DNA from: Lama glama
Lineage: Eukaryota
Direction: 5' to 3'
Length of the DNA stretch: 64,000 nt
Assembly (NCBI GenBank): GCA_028534125.1
Contig: CM052816.1
Location: 15,500,001-15,564,000 of the forward strand
In this document: piece after piece, positions 12,840-25,740 of the stretch
Layout of the letters: the number at the start of each line of letters is the position of its first letter
How positions within the stretch are numbered: the stretch's first letter is position 1
Made by a program: the position numbers and the translations under genes
The notes under the pieces: generated by a model
Database searches by the model: none
Told to the model about the DNA's origin: nothing
The model's input: only the letters and a program-made list of their open reading frames with translations

Positions 12840-13540
12840 ACTTGTTTTCAACGACTATTGAGTTCCCATTATGAACCAGCCATTCTTGTAGGCACTGGGA
12901 GTAAGTATGTCAGTGAGTAGAGCAAAAGTCTTGCTCTCATGAACTTTTTCTTTTCCTAAGGGAAGACAGACAAATATTGCTTCAGGTGGCAACACATACT
13001 AGGGAGGAAAATCAGGGTGAAGAGAATACAGAGTGTGGAGCTGCACGTGATCAAGGAGGCCTTTCTCATAAGGTGACATTTGAGAAGGACCTGAAGGAAG
13101 TGAAGGAGCAAGTTGTATTTGGGGAAGAGAGGGAACCAAGGGCAAAGGACAGGCAGGAGCATGGCTGGTGGATTGGAGCAACATGGGCCAGGAGGTCAGA
13201 GAGTCACCTCAGGGCTAGACTATACCCGGAATTTTGAAAAGGCTTTCCCTTTTATTTTGAGAAAGATGGCAAGCCATTGGAAAGTTTTAAATACTAAAAG
13301 ATGACTCTGGCCACCGTGTGCAGAAGAAACTGGAGGGGAGGAGGATTGAGGACAGGAAAAAGGAGACCACTTAGGAGTTTCTTCATTAAGGTCAGAATGT
13401 GGATACATTCTGAGATAACACTGCCAGGATTTGTTGTTTGATTGGGTGTCAGCTGTGAAAGAAAGATTTGATGATGACATCAAAATTTTTGTCTTGAGCA
13501 GTTGCAAGAATGGAGTTGTTATTTACAGGAATGGGGAAGA
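12840..13540 (-). mobile_element. L2a-like LINE 3' portion
   Basis: ttcaacgactattgagttcccattatgaaccagcc...aggcactggga; ggcctttctcataaggtgacatttgagaaggacctgaagg; aagccattggaaagttttaa. Confidence 0.8.
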
Positions 13541-13838
13541 CCAGGGTCCACAGAGTTTCTGATTTGCGTAGTGGTTTTAAGAAACTGTGGAGATTCAAGG
13601 CAGAAAACGTTTAACTTAATCATTGGTTCCTTAATTTCCTTCATTCTGTCTGATGGTCTCATGTGTATGTGGGTCAGTTCTACCACAATTATTCCTGGGT
13701 AAGTGTGATCCTAGCACACTAACGTTTAGGTATCCTTATCTAGGCCTCTACGATTCAGTGTGGGCAGCAGCTGTGGGTGCAGAAGAACCTTGGGATAAAC
13801 TCTGTGTGAGGGAGCATCTCTCATTTGAGGTACAGTGT

Positions 13839-14284
13839 TGATATCCTAGGGCTGCATGAGAAGCTACCACAAACTTGGTTTAAAGCAACAGAAATTTATT
13901 TTTTCACAGTTAGGGAGACTAAAAGCCTGAAATCAAGGTTTTGCAGGGCCATGCTGCCTCTGAAGGGTCTAGGGAAGAATCCTCTCCTCTTCTTAGCTTA
14001 TAGTGGTTGTGGGCCATCCTGGGCCTTCCTAATCTTACAGGTGCATCCCTCCACCCTCTGCCTCCATCAGTGCATGGCATTCTCCTTGTGTGTCCCTGTG
14101 TTTTTATGTGGCCTTCTTATAAGGACACTAATTGTTGGATTTGGGGCCTGCCCTAATGTGGTAGAAACTCATCCTAACTTGTTACATCTGCAAAGACCCT
14201 ATTTCCAAATAAGGTCACATTCACAGGTACTGGGGGTTAGGACTTCAGCATATCTTTTTGTGAGACACAGTTCAACACACATCA
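13839..14284 (-). mobile_element. MLT1B/C-like MaLR solo LTR
   Basis: caacagaaatttattttttcacag; ttacatctgcaaagaccctatttccaaataaggtcacattcacaggtactgggggttaggacttc; TG...CA ends flanked by AGTGT at 13834-13838 and 14285-14289 (putative 5-bp TSD). Confidence 0.88.
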
Positions 14285-16461
14285 AGTGTTTTGGTCCAGG
14301 TTTGACTATGAGGGTCTTCTGGGCTTAGATGTGTTTGAGGGTGAGACAGGAACTATTGAAATACAGTTAGGGAGTAGGTCCCTCTATGCTAGGAATGCCC
14401 CATCTGTGGTAGGATAAAAAGTTAGTGTCCAGTATGTCTCTTTAAAGATTTAAAGATAGACAGGTTCATTTTACATTGTTTTTCAAACGTGCAGACTTTA
14501 GGAAAAGTGGTAAAAATCATAGAAAAGTAATGAAACTAGAAGTGGAGGATAGAAGGAAGAGATGTGATAGAATGGAGAATTTTAAAGCTGAGAATTACAA
14601 CCTGAATTTGATTGGCCAGAAGCCTGTGCGGGCGGTAGGGAGAAAAGCTACTGCTGATGTTCCAAGTTTGTGGTTTTGCTAGCTGGCGCAAGTTGGCAGC
14701 GATGGAGCGCAGCAGACCTGGGTCGCTGCATACGTGGATGACTACTTAATGCAGGTGTAGAGCCCTGCTTGCTCCACTAGCCTTTTCCTTAGATTCCTGC
14801 ACGGCCAGGGCCCAAAAGGTGCCCAGGTGATGCCTGGCACTTGCTCTGGCTGCTCTGCAACATTAGTACCTGTACATTCTTCAGTGGTGTGTCAGGAGTT
14901 TTTAGTATTTCCCTCGTTTTCACTCACTGCAAGTAAAATCTAATGATTGTTTACAAAGGAAGTTTAAGTTCACACTCTGATATCACAATGATAGGGCTGT
15001 ATCAGGTTTAGCGATGTAATTAAACAAATTTCCTTAGCAACAGTCTACATTTATGGCCATTGAATTATCATGGTCACCATGAGTTTTTGTGGAGCACCTG
15101 TTCTTTGGTGAGGAATTGTGTGGGAGATGAGTAAAGAGATATGGCTCTTTCTAGCCTTTCAGGAAATTTAAAGTTAGGAGACAAACAGGAACCAGAGGTT
15201 CACACAAGAACTGTGATAAAGATTTGTTGGTACCACAATATTTGGCACCTAAGGGAAACTATTAATTCTTTAAATGTATCATTTAATAAATATCTGGACA
15301 GAGAGTGGGAGATGGTAGAGGCAGGAGTATGTAGAGGGGCACCAGAGAGGTTTAATGGTGAAGGCCTCGGGCAGTAGAAGCATTCATTTGTGTTTTCCTG
15401 TGTCAGAGGTTGGGGATCAGTTCCTAAGCAAGGCCTGAGACCAGGCTGCTCCCCTGCCTTCTGCCCCAGCCTTTCTCTGGATTCCATGGTTATCTGGGCG
15501 CTTTAGTCGTCAAATTGAACCCCCAGCTGCTTGGGTAAAGGGGGTAAGGGTGAGGTATGGCACTCACCAACTGCATCTGCGCTAGGGCTCTGCATTGCTG
15601 GCTCTAGTGTGGCCCAGTCACATGCACCTTGACTGGGAGGGGATTATTTTTCATTTCATGTCTTAAGTGGGAATGCAGCCATAACCATGTCCTCAGGGCA
15701 GGGACCAGTGGTGAGGCCACCATATTTCTGGGGTGACACAGGGCAAATAATGTACAGACATCATTTCCTTTGACTAATCTTTCATAATCCTGGTCCAGAT
15801 GTGTCTCTTGAAAGTAAAGTTCTTTGTCTAAGTTGAGATTTTTAATTTAGGACCCAGATGGGGTAAGAGGTAAACTTCCAAAAGGTCTGTTTTACTCAGT
15901 GTGTCACTGTCCTGGATTCCTGGCAAGCAGCAGTTTCAGTAGAAAAGCAGATTTCATCCTGACTCATCTGCCTTGGTGAGACGTGTGATACAGCTTCTCA
16001 GTATTCAACGCAGCTTGTCATCTCACTGGACAGAGCAGAGGGTATGCTGTCCATTCTGCAGCAGTGGCAGCTACAGGCGCCTGGCCTGGGCCATGGAAAA
16101 CCTTGAGAGACAGTCTGTTATGGGGCCAGCGCTTTGTCCTGGAATTTCCTGGCCTTTGTCTATCTGGTATAACTTCATGTACCAAGACGCCTGTTTTTAG
16201 AGTCTGCTTCCTTCTGGGGGAAGAGTGCTGTTGCCTTCCGCAGAGCACTCCTGCTTCCTGTACCAAGGGACCCCTCCCTTGTGCTCATGGGTCGGAGGTG
16301 GGGGAACCCACTGGGCAGGTGTGTATACCTGGTTCCCAATAGACCATAGGCTCCTGGAAGTCAGTGGTCAGAGAAGCCATAACCATTGGGCATGAAAACT
16401 GCACCTGCCAACCTGGCACATTCACCCTGGTCCTAACCCTTGTTTCTTTCTCATATTGTAG

Positions 16462-16545
16462 CAGAAAAAATCCTACCTGGAGCGGAGTGTGAAGGAAGCT
16501 GAGGACAATATCCGGGAGATGCTGATGGCACGAAGGGCACAGTAG
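16462..16545 (+). CDS. PFDN1: Prefoldin subunit 1, last coding exon (partial CDS; upstream exons lie outside the window)
   Basis: Pyrimidine tract and acceptor tttctttctcatattgtag|CAG AAA AAA TCC TAC...; translates to QKKSYLERSVKEAEDNIREMLMARRAQ*, the mammalian PFDN1 C-terminus as I recall it; TAG at 16543-16545. Too short to appear in the ORF track. Confidence 0.97.
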   Translation, partial: QKKSYLERSVKEAEDNIREMLMARRAQ

Positions 16546-16843
16546 GAAGCCTCTAGAGGAAGCGCTTCCTCCCAGCCCCTCCTGTTCCTGGCAGGGGCAG
16601 AGAAGCCTATATAGGGAGACTGCTCTGCTCGGCCTGATGGACGTTTTATCTGGATGGTCTGGTAACCCTGTGTTTTCTGCATCACTCTGGAGCCCCTCTC
16701 ATATCCCATCTCTGTATTTATTCTGGCTCTGCCTGCCACCCCTCTTCCCTGGTGGTGAGTCATGAAATCCCACGAGAGGGGAGATGGGAGCCAGGAGAGG
16801 GGAAGCTCTGCCTGGGCCTACTACTAGTCATGCTGGTCAGACC

Positions 16844-16849
16844 AATAAA
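16844..16849 (+). terminator. Candidate proximal polyadenylation signal of PFDN1
   Basis: AATAAA about 300 nt after the stop codon, followed by T/C-rich sequence. Confidence 0.55.
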
Positions 16850-17107
16850 AGACATCTGTCCCACTCCGCTAAGTCTGCTTTTCTTGAGCTGACAGATGAG
16901 AACACAGGGCCAGAGAGGCAGTGGCTGTCTACACCTCAGTTCCTCCCTCCTCCTCCCCAGGGTTGTGGTCCTGCTCCTTCTGCACTGAAGCCTTCCCCTC
17001 TTCTTTTTTCTGCCTCTGTTCCTTTTAGTAAATCCCTCAATTTCTGAGCCTCCATGTAGTATGCAGGTAAGGAAAAAAGGAGACCAGGGCATAGCTGAAT
17101 GTAAGTG

Positions 17108-17113
17108 AATAAA
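17108..17113 (+). terminator. Candidate distal polyadenylation signal of PFDN1
   Basis: AATAAA about 560 nt after the stop, followed by GT-rich tggtggttcc. Confidence 0.5.
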
Positions 17114-17266
17114 ATGGTGGTTCCTCAGTGGCAGTCTGCTTAAAGATTCCCAAACATTGTAAAAGAAAATTAGGTACTAGACCAGCAGCACTTCTAAGAC
17201 GGTCTCCCTCTGGCCAGTGTCATAAGGTGGACACTATAATCCTGAGGCCTCCAGGAGGCATAGGGG

Positions 17267-17680
17267 CAGTAGTGTGCTGGAGCTGGGTTGTACTGGCTCG
17301 GGAGAGCCAAGTCAATTTTCAGGGATTTTGTTGCAAGCCAGTTGTTAATAGGCATTATTAAAAATTGAGTTTTTAAATTTACAATTAAATTATATTAAAA
17401 ACGAGGTTAATAAATATTCAGAACTTATCCTAATTACTAAATCTGGCCATTATCTATGTTTTTGAGGTTAACAGTCTGTTGTATCTGATGGTGGAAACCT
17501 ACGTAACAGTGTGCTCCCGCACTTCTCTTCCCAAGTCCATGTTCAGGAGGATATATTGGTAGCTTGAAATCAGCTCCGTGGGACCGACCATTTACTGCAC
17601 AGAAATCAGGTGATGCTACAAAATCATGGCTTTTTGTTTTTAAACAGAGAGCTGGTAGTTAAATATGTATCAGCACTTGG
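17267..17680 (+). mobile_element. MER63-like hAT-Blackjack MITE between the two gene ends
   Basis: cagtagtgtgctggagctgg...actggctcgggagagcc...ttggtagcttgaaatc...gagagctggtagttaaatatgtatcagcac resembles the recalled MER63 consensus. Confidence 0.8.
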
Positions 17681-18187
17681 CTGACTGGGTGGAAAGGTGG
17701 GCAGGCAGAGGGTAGGCAAGGAGCTGTCAGCTGAAGAAGGAAAATCGGACTCACTGCTGTGGCAGCTCGGCGCCACCCTGTGGTCAAAGCTGAGATGAGT
17801 GGCCTCGCTGATGAGTTGGTGTTATGACAGACAGCTCTTCTCTCTTCTGGGGTGTGTTCCACACATAGGAGTGCGGGGTTGGGTTCTGGGAGGGCAGAGC
17901 AGGAAAAGAAAGTCTGGCCCTGACTGGCTTCTCCTTCCAGAGCAGACCCTGGGGCAGCCACAGTTACCAAGATGCCCTTTCCTAAGCTCCGGGTAGAAGC
18001 CAGTATGGCTCCTTGGTGAGGGCCCCCTGACCTGGCGGAAGGAAGTGTAGCCTTGGACCCTGCCTTCCTAGTAGCAGCTAGAATGAAAAGGTAAATTGGA
18101 TCATCATATACTGGACAGTGGCCACTAGTTGAGAAACCCAGGGCAGAGACTATCTGGAATAATTCAGACAGCTGACATTTAGACAAA

Positions 18188-18193
18188 TTTATT
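18188..18193 (-). terminator. Polyadenylation signal of CYSTM1
   Basis: tttatt on + = AATAAA on -, about 345 nt downstream of the CYSTM1 stop; the first canonical hexamer I see after the stop. Confidence 0.75.
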
Positions 18194-18536
18194 GAAACAT
18201 ACAGGGTGTTAGCAGAGAAATCATTCAGTGGTATGTTACACCATGCCACTACCTTGAATGTATAATTCTAAAATTAAAAATATATACTTCATAACTAAGC
18301 CTTTGGCCAAAAAAATTAAAGTCATTTAGCACATCTGTGAAAGGCCAGTAAGAAATGGATTTTGAACATTAAAAAGACCAAGTCACTGAATTAAACAGCA
18401 GCAACCCCTGCTAATCTAGAATCCCACTGTGTTGAAGGTAGAAGTGTCTGTGCAGAGCTAGTCATTGATTTCAGCAATCAGAGATGGGGCAGGCACAGCT
18501 GTCGGTGGCGGTGGCAGAACTGGAGAGCTGGGCTCG

Positions 18537-18643
18537 TCAGGTGAGCATGTCCCAGAGGCAGCAGCAACAGAGGGCAGTCCAGCAGGCTGTGAGGCAGGTA
18601 GATGTGCCCAGGTCATCCCTTCTTTGGTCTTCCACGACATACA
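18537..18643 (-). CDS. CYSTM1: Cysteine-rich transmembrane module containing 1, last coding exon
   Basis: Long polypyrimidine tract then cttccag|TG TAT GTC GTG GAA...; 107 nt completing a phase-1 split codon; encodes (V)YVVEDQRRDDLGTSTCLTACWTALCCCCLWDMLT*, the CYSTM domain; TGA at 18539-18537. Confidence 0.97.
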
Positions 18644-21600
18644 CTGGAAGGGGAGAGATGGTGAGAATGAATGGGGTGGGGGAAGGAAAGGATGAAGGGA
18701 GGAAGGACGGACCCACCCACCCGGAACATAGATGCCCAGGTCCCAGAGCCTACGTGACCGACTTCGTGCTTTTATGGCACAGTTCTGAAATAACCATCTC
18801 CCCCCGCCCCCACCATGAATACGGCTCGCCATGTTTGAATATATGCAGTGTGGTGATAGGGGAAGGTGGCAAGGACTGGTGTGCGAGCGTACACTTGTGA
18901 CTCAGGGGCCTGGGTACTCCTGGGTGCAGAGCAACTTTGGGAGGCTAAGCAGCCCCCCGGGCCCGGGTGCCTGTCCACCAAACCCTCTTCTGCAGGGCCA
19001 CCAGCCACACCAACCAGCAGTTCCAAGTTCTAGGACTATCATATGTACACCCCTAGGAGTGCCATTCACCGTGGGCTACTCAGAAACTGGTTGTGTGCAG
19101 GCAGTGGGCGACTGGAGCTCCAGGCCACACAGGGGCCGGGGCAGGAATGTGAAAAGAGACCTCAGCTAAAAAGGCTCGAGTTCCACGATCGGCCCCACCT
19201 GGAATCTGAAACCTTGACTTGCTCAGCTCAGACATCTTAAATGATTAAGCAAGTGCTTTGAGGTGGTAACAGAGCCTCTTCTGCCTCTTGTAGCCCAGAC
19301 CACTGCTGGGCGGCTGCTCCTCCATTGCTAAGATGACCACGGCTACGGCACCTCCCCAGAAATGCCTCCAGCAGAAATGACAGCTTTGCTGAAGGCAGGG
19401 GGCCTACAGTCTGTGCTCAGATGCCCTCACAACCCACCTTCTACACCAGGACCTAAACCAACCGAAGGCCAGCCTTCCAGAAGGTATCAGGGGATGCTGA
19501 ACAGCCCTACCACTGCTCAGACTAGGAGGTAGGACGGGAGGGGAAAATCTTTAAGCACCTAAGGAGTGAGTAAAATCTCAAGACAGCCTAGGGTGGATCC
19601 TGCCCCTTCAGTGCAGGGGCAGAAAGAACACCCAGCTTGCCGAGGGTGCACCTCAGCCTTCCTCAGATGTGCGTGTGCACTGGCAGTGGGATCATACACT
19701 ACTCAGCACTAGGGGCTGCGCTGCTGAGAAAGGATGTCCTAAAGGCAGTGCCACTGTCCCCCCTGCCCTGCAGGCCATGAGCAACAGGTAAATAGGCTGA
19801 GGGGGGATAATGAGGGGATGAAGGGTGGCCTGAAATAGTAGAGGTGATCCAGGTGTGTAGTTTTCATTGGAGTCTGAAGGTTCAGAGCAGGAGAGGTGAG
19901 GAATACGTTCCACTTTCCTCTTTCTGCCAGCACTGGCACAGCCTTGGCCTGCGCTCTGCAGCAGCAGCTGCCTTATCTGCTAAGCTTAGACCTTCCCCAG
20001 GCCTCCTGGACCTCTGTGCCTACCCTGCTCCTCATGCAGCTTCAGCTTTGTCTCCCAAGTCTCTGTCCCTCTCCTTGCTTCAGTGTCCCAAGATATTTTT
20101 AAGGTAGAACAGTCTGGGAGCTGGCCACTCCCAACCAGTTCTCCACCCCCACCCCACGTGTCTACTGCCTGCCACCCGAATGATCAGTCAGCCCGCCATC
20201 ACTGTCAGGACACATCCAAAGGTGGGTGGTGGGCCCCAGACTCCCTCACAGGCCAGCTAATACTTTAGCCCTGTCGACCCCAATCAATCAGTCCTATAAA
20301 TAGTAGACCTGATAATAATTATTTTTGTTATTTATGGAAAAAAATATACTAAGTACATCTGGACATTTACCAGTCTAATAAGTAGAACTCTACTGCCGCC
20401 ACCTCCTGGGGCCCTATCCTTGGGCTAAACCCACTCAGGCCACTGAGACAGGGTTGGTTGTATATAGTGGCACAACTGAATGTCTTAGATGCTAGAAATG
20501 CAAATGAAATTGTCTTGGGTTATACGGCCAGTCACTTTTTTCCTAAAAAAAAAGGATGGTTAGCTCAAAAAAGGGAGGTAAGTGAAGTCACATAGTGAAT
20601 TAAAGGTAGGTCCTGGCCCAGTGCTTGCTGCACATCCAGGTTAGGCTCATTTCAAATCAGCAGCCCTGGCTGCAAGTGACCTGAATGCGGCTGCGCGTGG
20701 AGGGGTGAAAGGCCTCTCCTCTCTTTCATCCTGTTCTCCCTGAAATCCCAGGTCTGTGTAGTTGGGCAAGATCAAGCCCTCACCCTGCTCCAGAGTGTGT
20801 CCCAAAGAGAGTCAGGGCCCGTTACCTCAGAACAGACCTGGTCCGGCAGCCACTCAGCAGTCTCCAGGCAGGCGAGCAGGAGTGTAAGCACCCACAAGGC
20901 ACCTCCTGGGGGCAGTGCGGGGGTGGGGAGCCAGACTGACTCCTTCAAGAAATCTACTTCAGACTTTCCTTGGGCATCCTACCCCCTGGTTGCTTTATAT
21001 CCCGCCTTCCCTGTGCCCCAGTCTTCTCAGGTGCAGAATGGAGGGGGGAAGTAGTGCTTAAGAGTCTATGTTTTGTGAGAAAAACTTAAGACAGTGTAAA
21101 GTGTTTGGCCCAGGGCCTGGCACGGAGTGAAGGAGGTTCCATCAATAGGAACCACAATGTGATGACATCCTACAGAAAAAAATATCACCCAAAATCTTAT
21201 TCCAGGTCTTTGTGCAGGGAGGGCCTTCTCCAGTCAATCCATATGCAGACTGGTATTCAGATGGGTAGCCGCAAACCATCACATGAAGAAAGTGGAGAGA
21301 CTAGCACAGCAGAGCTGCTCAGAGAGAAAAGGGGGAGACAACCCAAGGGAGAGGCAAGGAGCTGTGTGTGAGTGTGGGGGGTTAGGAAGGCCGAACACAA
21401 CCAACTTCAGCTGTTTCTTAGGTAACAGGAGTAAGGAAACCCTCATACCTGGGAGCATTCGCCTGGATGTGATGAGCCTATGGCTATCATTAAGATAGTG
21501 TGGACACCAAGGTCCGCAGAACAACACGGTATGAAACATAACGTGAAAGAGACTTGGTCGAGTTAGAAGTGATGCTGTACATTTAAAAGACTAGAAACTG

Positions 21601-23479
21601 AAGAGTGAAGTGTTCTCCTTATATCTTAAATCCAATCAAATGTGATCAGTTCAAAACTCAAAGCCTCAAAAATGCCAGTAGAACGGATGGCCTTCCCTTG
21701 TTCACTACATCTCAGGAAAGGGACTGAATTCCCTGAGAACACTAGAGTGCCTTTACAGAGGCAGCTCCCTCCAGTCGGCTTTTCCTTCAAGGAAAAGGGC
21801 AGGAATCAGGGAGAGCTGACAGCATTTAATATTAACGTGAAAACACTATCCTCCCCCCACCTCCCGGGTGGAGCTGCCACAAAAGGCAAGAAACAGGGCG
21901 CAAGAGAAAATGCACGAGGGCCATCACTTTCCTCACAAAGCAGTGCTGGAAGCTGCCAGTTTGGGTGCACCCGGCCAGAGATGCAGAAGTGCTCGGGGCT
22001 TTCCTGTAAAGACCATGCTATTCCACAAGCGGGAGAGTGCAGCTCACCCCAGTTACAGAGCACAGGAAAAATAAATAAGGGCATTTTCCCCCCTTCACTA
22101 TTACCGACCAAAGAAGAGATCCAGATGAGGCCCTGCAGACTTGAGCCGAGAGTTCCTGGCTCTGTTCTGCCAGAGCTGGGTGACTCTGAGTAGGTTGCTT
22201 GACCTCCTGGAGCCTCTGCACCCTCCTCTATAGGACGGAAAGACAGTTGTGAAGCTACTTCCTTAGATGACATGGGAAAACGTGATGAGGACAAAAGTGA
22301 AAATCGTTAAGATGGGTCAGAAAAAGAAATCTCAATTTACAAACAGAAAAGTTTCATCGTGAGGTTTCTTAAATAGACCATACAGTACTTTTCAAATATT
22401 ATCTTTCATACTTTGATAGACATTCCACAATTTCTGTCCACAGAGGTACAGGCCTGAGTGTGTTCCCTACGTCCGTACGACGCGGCCACAGCAAGCCCCG
22501 GCAGAAATGCCACGAGGGCCAGACAGCTTGAGGGTGGGGTGCTCCCTCCAGATGAGTTCAATAAAATGAGAAACTTTTTGTAAATCTGAGGTGAAACCTA
22601 AGAGCTGCTACTTTTACTGGTAAGAGATGAAAATAAGCAACCAAAAGGGACGTTCAAATAGTTTGCCAGGGTCACGGCAGATGACTTCACTCACATACCT
22701 GAGTCAAAGAGACACCTTAGAACAGCTGTGTTTCTCATTTACTTTGGAGAGTAGAAAGCAGTTTTTCTTTTATTCTAAGTCAGCCAAGAGACTGGGGAGG
22801 AGATTAACAATAATGGAAGAGGTATACAGGGTGAGAACGTAAGCAGTGACCCCCTCAGCACCCCACTGTTCTGCTCCACGTCTGGCTGTGTCATTGCCTC
22901 ACACAGACCAGGGGAACCACGGGCGTGAGTGGCGGGATCAAAGGGAAGAGCATGAAAAGCCCCGATGTCATGGGTGACGCTACTACAGCAGAGGGCAGGG
23001 AGCGACTCATTATGTCACGATGTGTCGTGAATATATTTCTAATGCAACTTTTGGAGAAACAAATACGAGTATCGCCGCTACGCCAGGCAGAAGAAATTAA
23101 GAAAAATCTAGAGAAAAAATCGGATCACGTCCAGTACACAACAGTTCTATGCCCTGTGGCAACCACGAGGTAGGGAGATTTCCCCTGATGGCTGGCAGGT
23201 CTTGCTCACAACCTGCTCTGGAGAGACACACACGGAGAACAAGGTTGTAAATGATGGTGGCTGACTTGCCCCAGACCATGACCTGGCCCCCAAGCCCCTC
23301 AACATAGTAGTCAAATGTTCATGGCTGTTCCTACCCAATTTGATATAGACACACCTTATTTGCTCCCAAACTTCAAAAGGCACCAGCACAATCGATCATA
23401 AGTGGGAATAATCACAACACAGCAAATGAAGGAGCAGGCCGCCTCGCTTCATTAGAGGTTATGACACATAAGAGGGAGC

Positions 23480-23900
23480 AAGTCATGCCATTTAAATACA
23501 CACTAGGTCTTAAGGAGCTATAGATCGGATGCAATTCTAATCATAATCTCAGCAGTATTTTTTGTAGATAAACTCATTCTAAAATTTATGGAAAGGCAAG
23601 AGAACTAGAATAAAACAATTTAGAAAAGGAATAGTTTGAGAAATCACACTACTTTAAGATTTAATACAAAGCTACAGTAGTCAAGACCCCTATAGTACTG
23701 GCGGCGGGACTGACAGAGATCAAAGGAACAGAATAGAGAGGAGAGTAAATGACCCACATAAAGGTGGCCAACTGATGTTTGACAAATATGCAAAAGCAAT
23801 TCCATGGAGAAAGGATAGTCTTTTCAAACTAATCCTGAAAAATTGGGACACAAAAAACCAAAAATCTTAACCATTAAGTCTCACATTTTATATAAAAATC
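23480..23900 (+). mobile_element. Degenerate L1M ORF2 fragment
   Basis: ctcattctaaaatttatggaaaggcaag; tacaaagctacagtagtcaagac; ggaacagaatagagag; aaggatagtcttttcaa. Confidence 0.8.
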
Positions 23901-23929
23901 CCAAATGAGAAAACATCTACCAATCTTAA

Positions 23930-24560
23930 GCCTACTCTCCCTTTCTTCTGCAATCCTCCTATCCAGTCCATCACCAAGTCCTGTTTTTACTTCCAAATAG
24001 GCCAAGTACATTCATGTCTCTCCATCATCACGTGAATCTGTGTCCCTCTCAAAGCATTCTCTCTACATGGACGCGATCTCCCAAAATGCAGATTTGATAA
24101 TGTCATTTCTTTGCTTAAAATCCTTCCTCGTTTCCCACTGCTCAGAGGACAAAACCCAGAATCCCTAGGTGGGGCTATGAGCCCCCTGTCTTGCTCCTGC
24201 CTGTTTCTAATCTGTTCCCAATGTCCCATTGTTCTCTGCCACGCCAGTTTCCTCTTCTAGTTTCTCAAGTGAGCCATGTTCTCTCTTGCCATTGGGCCTT
24301 TACACCTGCTTTTCCTACCACCTTTTTGCCTTTCAGTACTCCTCCTAGAATGTGCAGACTTTCCCCTTTTTATATGTTTTCATAGCAATACATATCTCTT
24401 CATAGGAAAGCAGAATGTCAGTAACACCTGTGGGATTAGTTAATTAATGTCTTGTCGCTCCCTAGAGTTTTAAGCCCCAGGGAGACAGGGATGGGGTCTG
24501 TTCTGTATGGTCCATCACGTAATACACTGGAGCTATTCGGCATCTACTGAATGAATGCTG
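23930..24560 (+). mobile_element. L2 3' portion
   Basis: catcaccaagtcctg; tgcttaaaatccttc; gggccttTACAcctgct; ends in ctactgaatgaatg, the typical L2 tail. Confidence 0.75.
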
Positions 24561-24719
24561 GTCCTTGTAGACTGAGAGTGGTTCCCTGAGAGCAGACTGA
24601 AGAGCTGCTCCTCCCACAATTTAAAGTGTCCCAAAACAAAACTATGGTAAAATCTAGTCTGTGACCCGACTGGAGTGAAGAGATTCTTTTCACCAAAAAA
24701 TGTAATATTTTTTAAAAAG

Positions 24720-25740
24720 AGTCACAATACACACTGTAAATCAACTATAGTTCAATTTTTAAAAATCCACTTACAGTAGCATTAAAACTATACCAGAGAA
24801 AACATCCAATTTTAAAAACCAACAAAGGATATGTAAAAGCTATGTGAAGATTATATGATTTTATCTAAGGATATAAAAGGAGACAAAAATGAAGAGATAA
24901 CATGTTCATGATAAGGAGCCAACACTGTAAATATGTCAACTCTTCCCCCAATTAGTCTGTAAATTACATGCTGTTCCAGTTAAAGCCAAACACAATGGTT
25001 TTCCATAGAAACTGACACACTTATCCTAAAATCCAGATTAAAGAGTAAAAGGCCAGGAATATCCAAGAAAATTCTGAAGAAAAAGGGGTACGTCCTGGAC
25101 ACAGGGAAGATGCTTATCATACCAGACTCCTGATTCTGGCCCATTCGTATGTGGGAACTTGGTATATGACAAATCTCTTCAAATCAGTGGGTAAAGGATG
25201 ACCTAAATCAGCAACTGGTGCTGCAGCTATCCAAATGGAAAAAGAAAACCAGAACCCTGTCCTACACCACAGTCAAAAACAAATTTAGGTGGCTGAAAAC
25301 TATGTGAAAAAATGTTAGAAGAAAATACAGGCTTATCTTTGTGATTTTGGAATAGAAAATGATTTCTCAAAAATTAGTACATGCAAAGCATGAGAAAAAG
25401 ATTGATAAACATGACCTTTAAAAACTTCCATACTAGAAAATGTACTATAAAAAGGTTAAGAGGCAGTCAGATAGGAAGAAGATATTTGCAAGCCTATAAA
25501 CGTGACAAACATTAGTGTGTGGAAGTATTTTTTTAAAGCTCCCTACAAATCAGTAAGACAAACCAATTTTTTTTAAATGGGCTAAGAATAGGTAACAAGC
25601 AATTCACAGGATTTGTAAAAGAAAGTCAAATACTTAATACATTTATGTTCAAGGTAACTAGCAACCAGGGGAGGTAAAATCAAATACTGAGATACCATTT
25701 CACGCCTATCATAGGTGCTAAAATTTTAATGTCTGTAGGT
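24720..25740 (+). mobile_element. Degenerate L1M fragment(s)
   Basis: A-rich ORF2-like text: catgttcatg...aaatatgtcaactcttcccc; gaagaagatatttgcaa; actgagataccatttcacgcctatca. Confidence 0.7.
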
